From Clostridia bacterium (GTDB taxonomy: Bacteria; Bacillota; Peptococcia; DRI-13; SM3-B62), in NCBI GenBank assembly GCA_018433675.1, contig JAHDQS010000002.1:24884-88883 (forward strand): a stretch of 64,000 bases of DNA, read 5' to 3'. The notes beneath the pieces are model-generated. The model did not search any database and had not been told where the DNA came from. It saw only the letters and a list, made by a program, of their open reading frames with translations. The position numbers and the translations under genes are program-made. Within the stretch, counting starts at the first letter, position 1; every line of letters begins with the position of its first letter. This document shows, piece after piece, positions 10,184-19,272 of the stretch.

Positions 10184-11392
10184 ATGATGAAGAAGGTTGT
10201 TTTAGCATATTCCGGGGGTTTAGATACATCAATAATCATTCCTTGGCTCAAAGAGAATTACGGATATGAGGTTATCGCGATGGCTGCCGATGTGGGACAA
10301 GGGGAAGAGCTTGATCCTTTGCAGGAAAAGGCCATCAAGACAGGAGCCTCGAAGCTTTATATCGAAGATTTAAAAGAGGAGTTTATCAGGGGATATATTT
10401 ATCCTACCTTAAAAGCCGGAGCGGTGTACGAAGGGAAATACCTGTTGGGAACGTCTTTTGCCCGTCCGCTGATAGCGAAAAGATTGGTGGAAATCGCTAA
10501 AAAAGAAGGAGCGGAAGCAATCGCTCACGGAGCAACCGGCAAAGGTAACGATCAGGTGCGTTTTGAACTTACGGTGAAAGCCTTGGCACCCGAGATGAAG
10601 ATTATCGCGCCTTGGAGGTTATGGGACATCAAATCACGGGAACAGGCCATTGAATACGCTAAAGAACGTGATATTCCCGTTCCGGTGAGCAAGGAACACC
10701 CTTACAGCATGGATCGCAACATTTGGCACCTCAGTCATGAAGGGGCCGAACTGGAAGATCCGGCAAATGAGGCACCTGATAATGTCTTGTTGTTAATAAC
10801 GCCGCCGGAAAAAGCCCCGGATACCCCGAGCTATGTAGAAATTGATTTCGAACAGGGGATACCGGTTGCCGTGGACGGAAAGAAGCTTGGGCCGGTGGAA
10901 CTATTGGAGCGGCTCAATAAAATTGCCGGTGAAAACGGAGTCGGTATTGCGGATATGGTTGAAAACCGCTTGGTAGGAATGAAATCAAGAGGGATATATG
11001 AAACTCCCGGAGGAACTGTGCTGACCAAAGCCCACCAGGAACTGGAGTTGCTCACCCTGGATAGGATAACCCTGCACTACAAAGAAGTGATTGCCCAGCG
11101 CTATGCCGAGTTGGTGTATGACGGGGTTTGGTTCCATCCCCTTAGGGAAGCTATAGACGCTTTTGTTGACGTGACACAGCGTACGGTGACAGGAAAGGTA
11201 AGAATGAAGCTGTATAAGGGTAATTGTACGCCTGCGGGTATATCTTCCCCTTATTCGCTGTACAGCGAAGAATTTGCAACCTTTGGCGAGGATAGCGTGT
11301 ATAACCAAAAGGATGCGGAGGGTTTCATCAACCTTTTCGGTTTGCCGCTCAAGGTCCAGGCTTTGATGAAACAAAAAGCGGGCCTGAAGTAG
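10184..11392 (+). CDS. argG: Argininosuccinate synthase
   Basis: [31 protein letters not shown]. Confidence 0.98.
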   Translation: MMKKVVLAYSGGLDTSIIIPWLKENYGYEVIAMAADVGQGEELDPLQEKAIKTGASKLYIEDLKEEFIRGYIYPTLKAGAVYEGKYLLGTSFARPLIAKRLVEIAKKEGAEAIAHGATGKGNDQVRFELTVKALAPEMKIIAPWRLWDIKSREQAIEYAKERDIPVPVSKEHPYSMDRNIWHLSHEGAELEDPANEAPDNVLLLITPPEKAPDTPSYVEIDFEQGIPVAVDGKKLGPVELLERLNKIAGENGVGIADMVENRLVGMKSRGIYETPGGTVLTKAHQELELLTLDRITLHYKEVIAQRYAELVYDGVWFHPLREAIDAFVDVTQRTVTGKVRMKLYKGNCTPAGISSPYSLYSEEFATFGEDSVYNQKDAEGFINLFGLPLKVQALMKQKAGLK

Positions 11393-11426
11393 AAAAGAGC
11401 CGAAGTAAAGAAGAGGGGTATGGCTT

Positions 11427-12866
11427 ATGAAATTGTGGGGAGGTCGTTTCCAAAAGAATACGAACAGCTTGGTAGAGGATTTTCATTCGTCCATCGGCTT
11501 TGACCAACGGCTCTACCTTCAGGATATTCGAGGTAGTATCGCTCATGCCGGAATGCTGGGAGCCGAAGGCATCATCGAGAAGGATGAGACCGCGAAGATC
11601 ATCGAGGAACTGAAAGCGATTGCTAAGGATATCGCAGAAGGTAAGGTCAATTTTTCTTTGGCAGCTGAAGATATCCACATGAATATCGAAACGCTCTTGA
11701 TTGAACGTATCGGCGATGTGGGTAAGAAGTTACATACCGGACGGAGTCGCAACGATCAGGTCGCCTTGGATATCAGGATGTACTTAAAAGACGAAATCAC
11801 AAACACACAGAAACTGTTGCTGGAACTGCTGGAGGCTTTGGTTGATACTGCTGATAAGCAGGCAGCAACTATTATGCCCGGCTTTACACATCTGCAAATA
11901 GCCCAGCCCATCACCCTTGGACATCATTTGATGGCTTATGCGGAGATGTTTAAGCGTGATTATCAGCGTCTGAGGGATTGTTACCGGCGGGTCGATGTGA
12001 TGCCGTTAGGTGCCGGTGCTCTGGCCGGGACAACCTTTCCGCTGAATAGGGATAAAGTAGCTGCTGAGCTTGGCTTTTCAAGCGTCTCGGAGAATAGCAT
12101 GGATAGTGTTTCCGACAGGGATTTTATTATAGAATTCCTGGCCGCAGCCTCTGTAATCATGATGCATCTTTCGCGTTTTTGTGAAGAGATAATACTATGG
12201 GCCAGCCAGGAATTTGCTTTTGTGGAGCTTGATGATGCGTACAGCACTGGTTCTTCCATCATGCCGCAAAAGAAAAACCCCGACGTGGCGGAATTAATCA
12301 GGGGTAAAACAGGAAGGGTCTACGGGGATTTGATGGCCATGTTGTCTGTTATGAAGGGCTTGCCCCTCGCTTACAATAAGGACATGCAGGAAGACAAGGA
12401 AGCCCTTTTTGACGGCATTGATACCGTGCAGAAATGTTTGCTTGTTTTTGCGTCTATGCTGAAGACCATGAAATTTAATACGGAAATTATGCATGTCAAT
12501 GCAAGCAAGGGATTTTCCAACGCCACGGATTTGGCCGATTATCTCGTCAAGAAGGGTCTGGGCTTTCGCGATGCTCACCACGTGGTGGGGCACCTTGTAA
12601 GCTATTGTATTGAGCAAGGAAAGTCCTTGGAGCAGCTCAAACTTACAGAATTGAGGGAAGGCTTGCAGGTATTGGACGAAACAGAGATCAACGGGGAAAA
12701 CGGTCGTGAAAAATATATTGATGAGGATGTTTATGACGCCTTAAAACTGGATAATGTGGTGGCTAGACGCACCACTTACGGCGGTACGTCGCCTGTGCGA
12801 GTTAAAGAAGCGGTGAAGAGAGCGTATGATTGGATAGCCGGACAAAAGGAAGAGTTAAAGGACTAG
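11427..12866 (+). CDS. argH: Argininosuccinate lyase
   Basis: LWGGRF, HTGRSRNDQ, GSSIMPQKKNPD. Confidence 0.98.
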   Translation: MKLWGGRFQKNTNSLVEDFHSSIGFDQRLYLQDIRGSIAHAGMLGAEGIIEKDETAKIIEELKAIAKDIAEGKVNFSLAAEDIHMNIETLLIERIGDVGKKLHTGRSRNDQVALDIRMYLKDEITNTQKLLLELLEALVDTADKQAATIMPGFTHLQIAQPITLGHHLMAYAEMFKRDYQRLRDCYRRVDVMPLGAGALAGTTFPLNRDKVAAELGFSSVSENSMDSVSDRDFIIEFLAAASVIMMHLSRFCEEIILWASQEFAFVELDDAYSTGSSIMPQKKNPDVAELIRGKTGRVYGDLMAMLSVMKGLPLAYNKDMQEDKEALFDGIDTVQKCLLVFASMLKTMKFNTEIMHVNASKGFSNATDLADYLVKKGLGFRDAHHVVGHLVSYCIEQGKSLEQLKLTELREGLQVLDETEINGENGREKYIDEDVYDALKLDNVVARRTTYGGTSPVRVKEAVKRAYDWIAGQKEELKD

Positions 12867-12886
12867 GTGATTACCTAGTCCTTTTT
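12857..12886. terminator. Bidirectional terminator built from the convergent stop codons of argH and the TauE gene
   Basis: AAAGGACTAGG (12857-12867) / CCTAGTCCTTT (12874-12884) inverted repeat with A/T tails. Confidence 0.7.
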
Positions 12887-13252
12887 AAATTTGTCCGTAT
12901 TTTCCCTTGTTCCACTACACAATTCATAAATCCCCATAGCTATCAAAAAGAAACCGAAAATTTTTTTAAGGATGGCTGCATCGAATGTGTTGGCTAGTGA
13001 GGCACCCAATATTGCCGCAGACAGAGTTCCGATAATCAAATAAAGGACAAGACGTAGATTGACGTTTCCTTGCCGATAGTGCGTAATGATGGCCACGGCT
13101 GCTGTTGGGATAAAAGCCGCTAAACACGTTCCCTGGGCGGTATGTTGCTCGATACCCAATAAAAACACTAAGGCCGGGACCAAAAACGTCCCCCCTCCGA
13201 TTGCCATACCGCTGAGGATGCCGGCCAAAAGACCAATCAAATAGATGAGCAC
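12875..13252 (-). CDS. Half-size TauE/SafE (sulfite exporter) family membrane protein
   Basis: GxxxGMAIGGG..LVP, QHTAQGT; hydrophobic; paired with paralog. Confidence 0.85.
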   Translation of the reverse strand: MLIYLIGLLAGILSGMAIGGGTFLVPALVFLLGIEQHTAQGTCLAAFIPTAAVAIITHYRQGNVNLRLVLYLIIGTLSAAILGASLANTFDAAILKKIFGFFLIAMGIYELCSGTRENTDKFKKD

Positions 13253-13617
13253 TAGAAAACCATCCCTATTCCGGCAATAATCATGAAGACGCCGAAAAGC
13301 TGTTTTAAGCGGAGGGCCGGTATTTTTTCCATCAAAATAGCCCCTAAGTACCCTCCGAATATACCGGTTGTTGCGATTTTAACGGCTAGCAAGAGGTCGA
13401 GGTTACTGTTGCTATGGTATATGTAACTGCTGGCAATAGCCGTAGGCAGGATTACAGCCAGGGAGGTTCCGTGAGCGGTGTGTTGCTTTTCACCCAGCAA
13501 AAGAACAATTGCCGGGACGAGAATCGTACCTCCTCCAATACCGATAAGACCGTTGATAAAGCCTGTAAAAGCGCCAATTAACAGTAATCGTGGAATTTTA
13601 TATGGTGTTTGCTCCAT
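13252..13617 (-). CDS. Half-size TauE/SafE family membrane protein
   Basis: GFINGLIGIGGG..LVP, QHTAHGTSL. Confidence 0.85.
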   Translation of the reverse strand: MEQTPYKIPRLLLIGAFTGFINGLIGIGGGTILVPAIVLLLGEKQHTAHGTSLAVILPTAIASSYIYHSNSNLDLLLAVKIATTGIFGGYLGAILMEKIPALRLKQLFGVFMIIAGIGMVF

Positions 13618-13687
13618 TTATTATTAACCCCTATTATGTTTTAATCTGAGTAAGTTCCTTTTACATTATTTGCAGGAAGGGGTTTTT

Positions 13688-14218
13688 TTACACTTGCTTT
13701 TGTTTGCGCAAACGATCTATTGCCGCTTTCCAATTTTCATATTTGGCTGTAAAAGTTTTTGCACATGCGCCGCTCGTTGACCATACCGTTTCGTGCGGTA
13801 TTTTATTGAATAAATCGGGGTAGGCTTTTTCAAACCCTTTTTTCGCTTTTCCACCATTAAAGATGATCCCTTTAAGATTAGGGTAAGTAGCAAAGAAGGA
13901 AACAAAATCATTGGCGATCTCATTTTTTATGGCCGCATCAGCAGCTCCTTCCCGCGAGGCAGAATGAAACACGTCCCATAAACCGATTTTATTCATCAAC
14001 AAGAAGGCGCACTTTTCGTCGTAATCGGATAGCGGAGTTTTTTCATGTAAGGCAAAGATGATTTTCCAGAAACTGTTGCCGACATACTTGTAGTATTCAC
14101 CGCTTGCTAATGATTCAGGACCCGGCAATGAACCCAGGATGAGGATATCCGCCTGTTTGTCGATAATGGGTTCGAAACTTAAATGCACCTGAGTTTGGAC
14201 GTCAGACATATACTCCAC
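13688..14218 (-). CDS. DNA-deoxyinosine (hypoxanthine) glycosylase, UDG superfamily
   Basis: ILILGSLPG..SL...YY...NSFW, GLWDV, FNG, STSG motifs. Confidence 0.82.
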   Translation of the reverse strand: MEYMSDVQTQVHLSFEPIIDKQADILILGSLPGPESLASGEYYKYVGNSFWKIIFALHEKTPLSDYDEKCAFLLMNKIGLWDVFHSASREGAADAAIKNEIANDFVSFFATYPNLKGIIFNGGKAKKGFEKAYPDLFNKIPHETVWSTSGACAKTFTAKYENWKAAIDRLRKQKQV

Positions 14219-14257
14219 CTACCGTATATTGAAGTTTGTGGTATTTCTTTATCTATT

Positions 14258-14992
14258 TTAGCATGCCAATTGGAAAAGGAGAAACAAAAGAAATCCTATC
14301 AAAAAGCCAAATCTGGCGTCTAGCGGGTAATGACGTTGAGCTTCGGGCAGCAGCTCATTTTTAACGATAAAGGTCATTGCTCCGCCGGCAAGAGCTAAAA
14401 GCAGGGAGATTAAATGGCGGGAAACCGAAACCATCAATAAGCCCAGCAAGGTGCCCAATGGAGTAAATATACTGGTCAACAGACAGATGAGGACAATTCT
14501 TGCTTTTGGCATATCTCCTTTAGCCAGGGGTGCTGCCGTGGCTATTCCCTCCGGTATGTTGTGGGCTCCTAAAGCGATAACAAGTAGAAGACCGAGATTT
14601 TCTCGGGCCGCATAGCCTGCAGCGATAGCCATACCCTCCGGCAGATTGTGAAGGGCAATACCTGTTGCAATTAGATAACCCATTTTTAGAAACTTTCCGC
14701 CCTCCGCTAAACTGTGAACCGAACGGGAATTTGTGAAACCAGAGATGACGGAGTTTAATAAACGCATAAGAATAAGCCCTAAGAGGAACCCTGCTGCTGT
14801 GGAAAAAACATTGCCTAAGTCTAAGGCAGAAGGAATAAGGTCGAAGATTATTACCGCGGTCATGATACCACCGGCAAATCCGAAAAGAACGGACAGGGTC
14901 TTTTCACTGGGGTGTCCGTAAGAGATTACAATAAGTGCTCCTAAGACTGTTGCCAGTCCAGCCAGAGTGCTTTGCAGGATTATTTCGTACAC
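14258..14992 (-). CDS. ZIP (ZupT-like) divalent metal transporter
   Basis: LHNLPEG and AHNIPEG metal motifs; start reassigned to GTG at 14992, preceded by AAAGGAG. Confidence 0.88.
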   Translation of the reverse strand: MYEIILQSTLAGLATVLGALIVISYGHPSEKTLSVLFGFAGGIMTAVIIFDLIPSALDLGNVFSTAAGFLLGLILMRLLNSVISGFTNSRSVHSLAEGGKFLKMGYLIATGIALHNLPEGMAIAAGYAARENLGLLLVIALGAHNIPEGIATAAPLAKGDMPKARIVLICLLTSIFTPLGTLLGLLMVSVSRHLISLLLALAGGAMTFIVKNELLPEAQRHYPLDARFGFLIGFLLFLLFQLAC

Positions 14993-15109
14993 TATATTTT
15001 GCTCCTTTACTTTTGTATTTGTTAATAGAGATAGTGTAAAAATAAGTAAAATATGATGGAAAATAAAGGGTGGACGTGACAAGTATACAGTATATATTAA
15101 GCTAATACC

Positions 15110-15217
15110 TTGCAAGATATAAGTGGGGACTATATAATGAAAACAAGACCCCGTTGTATAACAAAAGCAAGTAAAATAGGGTGTTATACAATAATACAGT
15201 ATACAGGAATACTGTAT
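15110..15217 (+). promoter_or_regulatory. Sigma-A promoter plus operator-like inverted repeats upstream of small ORF
   Basis: TTGCAA(15110)-17-TATAAT(15133); IRs TTGTATAACA/TGTTATACAA (15154-15191) and ATACAGTAT/ATACTGTAT (15194-15217). Confidence 0.6.
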
Positions 15218-15234
15218 ACAAAGGAGGCCTGAAA

Positions 15235-15348
15235 ATGAGCGAAAAAATACTGCGGGAAATTGAAGAAGAATTAGGAAGGCGTTTGGAAGCGGAGGAAAAT
15301 AGTGAAGACATCAAAAGGAACTATCCCTGTAGCTGTTGGGGTGAGTAA
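15235..15348 (+). CDS. Unannotated 37-aa peptide MSEKILREIEEELGRRLEAEENSEDIKRNYPCSCWGE
   Basis: AAGGAGG RBS 7 nt before ATG, own promoter, terminator right after stop; below ORF-track cutoff. Confidence 0.7.
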   Translation: MSEKILREIEEELGRRLEAEENSEDIKRNYPCSCWGE

Positions 15349-15387
15349 ATGACAAAGCCACCGGAAAAGGTGGCTTTGTCATTTTTG
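15348..15387 (+). terminator. Rho-independent terminator
   Basis: AATGACAAAGCCACC-ggaaaa-GGTGGCTTTGTCATT followed by T run. Confidence 0.85.
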
Positions 15388-15401
15388 GTGGGTCAAAACA
15401 A

Positions 15402-15430
15402 TTGACTTATCCTTTTTCAATACATATAAT
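15402..15430 (+). promoter_or_regulatory. Sigma-A promoter of tRNA-Pro
   Basis: TTGACT-17-TATAAT. Confidence 0.75.
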
Positions 15431-15477
15431 AGTATAGTGACGCTGATTTGAGTACAATAATGCTCAAGGCGCTATTT

Positions 15478-15554
15478 CGGGATGTAGCGCAGTTTGGTAG
15501 CGCGCCTGGTTCGGGACTAGGAGGCCGCAGGTTCGAATCCTGTCATCCCGACCA
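15478..15554 (+). tRNA. tRNA-Pro (anticodon CGG)
   Basis: Cloverleaf: acceptor CGGGATG/CATCCCG, D arm GCGC/GCGC, anticodon loop TT-CGG-GA, T loop TTCGAAT, encoded CCA. Confidence 0.97.
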
Positions 15555-15564
15555 TTTAAACAGT

Positions 15565-15597
15565 AAGGCTCGGTATTATGCCGGGTCTTTTCTTTTT
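15565..15597 (+). terminator. Terminator after tRNA-Pro
   Basis: AAGGCTCGGTA-tta-TGCCGGGTCTT followed by T-rich tail. Confidence 0.65.
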
Positions 15598-15657
15598 GTC
15601 GTTTTGAATCCAATGGTGTATACTAAGATTAGGCAGGAGAGAAAAGGAGTGGTGCTC

Positions 15658-16209
15658 GTGGAGAAACGGCTGGAGCGCGACCAGAGGCATTTAGAGTTGT
15701 TTGAGGAGATAACAAATACTATCCGGGGGTTCATGGAGAAATATAAGCAACCGGATGAAGAAAACCACCCCCAGATGGTGCGTTTACAGAATCTTATTGA
15801 AAGATTGACGACCGAAAGGAGACTGATTGAGGAAGTTAGTCTGCCTTGTCGGCTGATACTTGAACACTTTTCTACTTTTATGGGGAAACACGACCACGCT
15901 ATCAGTTTCCGGGTGGGTTTGATGGAAACCGGGAGGGGTATCTTGAATGATTTTTCCATCGATGAATGGGGAAACGTTTACTTGGTGATAGGTAATATCA
16001 GTCTAGGGTGGCGTGATGGAGACTATCAGTATCTCTTTTATCCCGATAAAGCTATTTTGCGTTCTTATGACAGGAGTAAGCCGGAGATACATTTGCTGTT
16101 TAATTTCGCTTTCAGGTATTCTAAACTATTATCAGAATTTCGAGGAGTTGTAGAGCACGAACAAACCCTCTATTGGCATCCTGATTTAAATGAGGATCTT
16201 GAGGGTTAG
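15658..16209 (+). CDS. Hypothetical protein (about 183 aa)
   Basis: Start reassigned to GTG 15658 after AAAAGGAG; the longer track ORF overlaps the tRNA; no recognised motif. Confidence 0.7.
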   Translation: MEKRLERDQRHLELFEEITNTIRGFMEKYKQPDEENHPQMVRLQNLIERLTTERRLIEEVSLPCRLILEHFSTFMGKHDHAISFRVGLMETGRGILNDFSIDEWGNVYLVIGNISLGWRDGDYQYLFYPDKAILRSYDRSKPEIHLLFNFAFRYSKLLSEFRGVVEHEQTLYWHPDLNEDLEG

Positions 16210-16227
16210 TATGATAAGGGGATAAGC

Positions 16228-17367
16228 ATGTTCTATTTTGTTTTCGGCATAATGATTATTGTTTTACTGCCTAGTTATTACTACGTGGGGCTTCGTTTTT
16301 GGCAAACTTTGAGTTTTTACTTACCTTCCTTCAATCCATACTACTATTGGATTGTTTTTATTGTTCTGTCTAATTCTTTTGTATTTGCACGGGTTTTTGG
16401 GGGAGTGCTGCCTGCGGTTACAAACACTATCCTGAACGCTTGCGGATATTTATGGATGGCAGCCATGCTGTACTTATTTTGTATGTTTTTTGCCATTGAT
16501 ATCTCCGGTTATTTAATTAAGTTAACAAAATTCAATGTTAGTATTGGTATGATCCATGGAGTCAGGATAATAGCGGTATTGTTGGTAATTGCGCTGTTTG
16601 CGTATGGGACTTGGAATGCCCGTACCCCCCGAGTGACTCGTTATGATATCGATATTCCAAAGACCGCGGGTGAGTTTAAACAATTAAAAATCGTGATGAT
16701 CAGTGATCTTCACCTGGGAAAGATCATTGGAAATATACGTTTGAGGGATATGATCGAAAGAGTAAATGCCCTGGAACCGGATCTGGTATTGATGCCGGGG
16801 GATATTATTCAAGATTTCAAGTATTTCTTGGAGAATGATATGGCTGCAGAGTTACAAGCCCTGACACCCTCTTTGGGTGTATTTGCCTCTTTGGGCAACC
16901 ATGAGTTTTACGGAGCCATGACCGAGGATGCCGTAAGCCTGTTGGAACTAGGGAACCTGATAGTTTTACAGGATAGCTATGTCAAAGTGGCAGATAGTCT
17001 TTACATTGTGGGAAAAAACGACCCGGCAGCAAAGCGAAGAAGTGATGCGCGCCATCTTGACATTGACGGGATTATGGAAGGTATTGACAGAAACTTACCG
17101 GTTATTCTCTTAAACCACCAGCCTATCGATTTGGAAGCGGCCCAAAAGGCAGGAATTGATCTACAGCTTTCAGGGCATACGCATGGTGGACAGTTATTTC
17201 CGGCTAATTTGCTTACCGGTCTTCTTTTTGAAGAGGATTGGGGATACTTGAAAAAAGATAGTCTGCAGTTGATTGTAACCTGCGGCCTCGGAAATTGGGG
17301 ACCTGATATGCGCATAGGCAGCAAATCTGAAATTGTAGAGATATTGATTAACTTCAGGTTGCAGTGA
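16228..17367 (+). CDS. Membrane-anchored metallophosphoesterase (YkuE/YkoQ-like)
   Basis: N-terminal TM helices; SDLH, GD, GNHE, HQP, SGHTHGGQ. Confidence 0.92.
   Translation: MFYFVFGIMIIVLLPSYYYVGLRFWQTLSFYLPSFNPYYYWIVFIVLSNSFVFARVFGGVLPAVTNTILNACGYLWMAAMLYLFCMFFAIDISGYLIKLTKFNVSIGMIHGVRIIAVLLVIALFAYGTWNARTPRVTRYDIDIPKTAGEFKQLKIVMISDLHLGKIIGNIRLRDMIERVNALEPDLVLMPGDIIQDFKYFLENDMAAELQALTPSLGVFASLGNHEFYGAMTEDAVSLLELGNLIVLQDSYVKVADSLYIVGKNDPAAKRRSDARHLDIDGIMEGIDRNLPVILLNHQPIDLEAAQKAGIDLQLSGHTHGGQLFPANLLTGLLFEEDWGYLKKDSLQLIVTCGLGNWGPDMRIGSKSEIVEILINFRLQ
17334..17357 (+). repeat. Left copy of 24-bp direct repeat bounding the island
   Basis: TGTAGAGATATTGATTAACTTCAG; matches 38766-38789 at 23/24 positions. 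Confidence 0.8.
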
Positions 17368-17387
17368 GAGTAGAGAAATCAATGGGA

Positions 17388-17510
17388 TCTATGAAATGCC
17401 TGGTCTAAGAAATGCCTCGCAATCGGTTCAAACGACGTTCTCTTATATCGAAGCACTGGGAGCCTGGCGGGTCTGATTTCCAAGGTCTCCTACTATGATA
17501 TCTTCATATA
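17388..17510 (+). pseudogene. Decayed fragment paralogous to the gene at 38799-40238
   Basis: YEMPGLRNASQSVQTTFSYIEALG vs YEMLNPTDEKQSVQMAFPYIEALD; shared DNA TATATCGAAGCACTGG, GCAATCGGT, TATGATATCT. Confidence 0.75.
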
Positions 17511-17587
17511 TCACAAAATTCAAAATAATACCCAAAACGTATATGTATTGTCCGACAAATAAATTGTGAATTAATATTAACAAACTA

Positions 17588-17723
17588 TTGTAGACAATAA
17601 ATTGATGTGATATAATTACAATAAAATAAAAACGAATTCCGACAGGTGGAAACTAAAAAGCCTATTGGTCTTAATGACCTTCTCTAATATAGATATAATA
17701 AAAATGATTTCCACTAGACGGGA
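17588..17723 (+). promoter_or_regulatory. Promoter with two putative IclR-family operators
   Basis: TTGTAG-17-(TGA)TATAAT; TTCCGACAGGTGGAA (17637-17651) and TTCCACTAGACGGGA (17709-17723). Confidence 0.6.
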
Positions 17724-17789
17724 TAAAAGAGGTGATTTAGAAAGGCAAAGTTTTAAATACAATAATGAATTTGAAAAGGAGATAAAAAA

Positions 17790-18728
17790 GTGAGAAAAAC
17801 TACCTATCTAAAAAAATTGTTGAGCTCAAAAGAAATACTAGTAATGCCTGGGGCATATGACTGCCTTTCCGCTAAGATTATAGAAAAAGTCGGTTTTAAG
17901 GCTATTCAGTGTTCAGGTTATGGTTTTGCAGCCTCCTTACTTGGTAAACCGGATATAGGATGGATGTCTTTCAATGAGGTTCTGGAGCACACGAAAAATA
18001 TTGTTAATAGTGTTGATATTCCGGTTATGGCCGATGGAGATACAGGGTATGGCAATGTGGTTAATGTTATTCGTACTGTACAAGAATTTGAAAAAATTGG
18101 TGCTGCCGGAATAAATCTGGAAGATCAGGTTTGGCCAAAACGTTGTGGACATATGGCAGGTAAAGAAGTTATTTCTATAGAGGAGATGTGTAACAAGATA
18201 AAAGCCGCTGCTTTTGCACGTCAGGATAAAGATTTTGTTATTAATGCCCGTACCGATTCTCGAGCAATATATGGACCGGAGGAAGCTGTGCGTAGAGCTG
18301 AGGCATATTGGGAAGCAGGTGCTGATCTGATATTTTTAGAAGCCCCCCAGTCTGTTGATGAATTAAAATATTATGCTGAAGAATTAATTTCCAAGGGGAT
18401 ATTATTAAGCGCCAATATGTTGGATGGCGGTAGGACGCCGCTTGTCACATTCGAACAACTGCAGGAAATGGGATACGCTAGGTGCAGTGTGCCTGTAATG
18501 ACGATATATGCAGCGGCAAAAGGAGTTATGGATGCCGTGAGTCAATTAATGGCCGACGGGACCAATACCAATCTGGGAGATAAGCTTATTGCATTCAGCG
18601 AATTCAATAAACTGATTGGCTTGCAAGAAATAAGAGAATTAGAAGAAAAATTTCTTTCGGAAGATATTATTATAAATAAATATGGGACTGTGGAAAAGTT
18701 GCGGGAAGAAAAGGCACTGGGCAGATAG
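17790..18728 (+). CDS. Isocitrate lyase/PEP mutase family C-C lyase (2-methylisocitrate or 2,3-dimethylmalate lyase-like)
   Basis: PGAYD, SGYG, DGDTGYG, EDQ..PKRCGH, ARTD. Confidence 0.9.
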   Translation: MRKTTYLKKLLSSKEILVMPGAYDCLSAKIIEKVGFKAIQCSGYGFAASLLGKPDIGWMSFNEVLEHTKNIVNSVDIPVMADGDTGYGNVVNVIRTVQEFEKIGAAGINLEDQVWPKRCGHMAGKEVISIEEMCNKIKAAAFARQDKDFVINARTDSRAIYGPEEAVRRAEAYWEAGADLIFLEAPQSVDELKYYAEELISKGILLSANMLDGGRTPLVTFEQLQEMGYARCSVPVMTIYAAAKGVMDAVSQLMADGTNTNLGDKLIAFSEFNKLIGLQEIRELEEKFLSEDIIINKYGTVEKLREEKALGR

Positions 18729-18743
18729 AACGGGGACGAGTTC

Positions 18744-18827
18744 ATGGTTAAATCAATTGTTGAAAAGATAATTTCTGCAGAGTCGAGCCATGATGCTACC
18801 GGATCTTTGGCTTTTGGCGCCTTTTAA
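18744..18827 (+). pseudogene. LeuC/DmdA-type dehydratase large subunit relic
   Basis: MVKSIVEKII...HDATGSLAFGAF* resembles the LeuC N-terminus (TIxEKI; HDxTGP); rest deleted. Confidence 0.6.
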
Positions 18828-18832
18828 GAGAT

Positions 18833-19135
18833 GAAAATTTAGGTTGAGGCTCCTTAAGGGAATATGCGCCTTTAGTTATAAAACTAGCCGGAATTTCGGT
18901 AGTGATAGCCAAACCATGTGCCCGGATATTCTTTCATAAAGCTGTGAATTTGGGACTTCCTGTGTGACGTATGACACAATAAGAATAGGGGAAGGGATAT
19001 TCTAAAGATATATTTAACAAAGGGCTCAGTTATAAAAGCTGATTCCCTTCTTGAATATATTGCGGATAATTCACGAGGATGGTATGGTGCAGTGTCTAAA
19101 GAAGTATGGATCGGGAGTGCTCAAGGAAATAATTA
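18833..19135 (+). pseudogene. LeuD/DmdB-type dehydratase small subunit relic
   Basis: [43 protein letters not shown] matches LeuD NFGCGSSREHA...IAKSFARIFxRNAxNxGLP; internal stops and frameshifts. Confidence 0.75.
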
Positions 19136-19272
19136 AAGAATGGAAAAGTTTTGTTTTAAGACTATAGTAGCCTTAGTAGCAAACAAACGAGTCTATATTC
19201 CTAAATGGGGGTGATAGAGAATGTCATAGGGTAGGGTACTCAATATTCAAAAAAAGTGGGGGTGAAGAAAAA

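Noticed and set aside
14993-15314. ZIP N-terminal extension and minus-strand ORF 15102..15314
   Set aside because: AT-rich promoter DNA, antisense to the better-supported 37-aa ORF
15478-15554. tRNA-Pro as the integration site of the island
   Set aside because: No repeat of the tRNA 3' end and no integrase seen; the boundary repeat lies in the phosphoesterase gene instead
15448-15657. N-terminal extension of the ORF-track protein 15448..16209
   Set aside because: Runs through tRNA-Pro and its terminator; a good RBS supports GTG 15658
18845-18847. TGA at the Cys position of the LeuD GCGS motif as selenocysteine
   Set aside because: The fragment has no start and carries further stops and frameshifts; simple decay explains it
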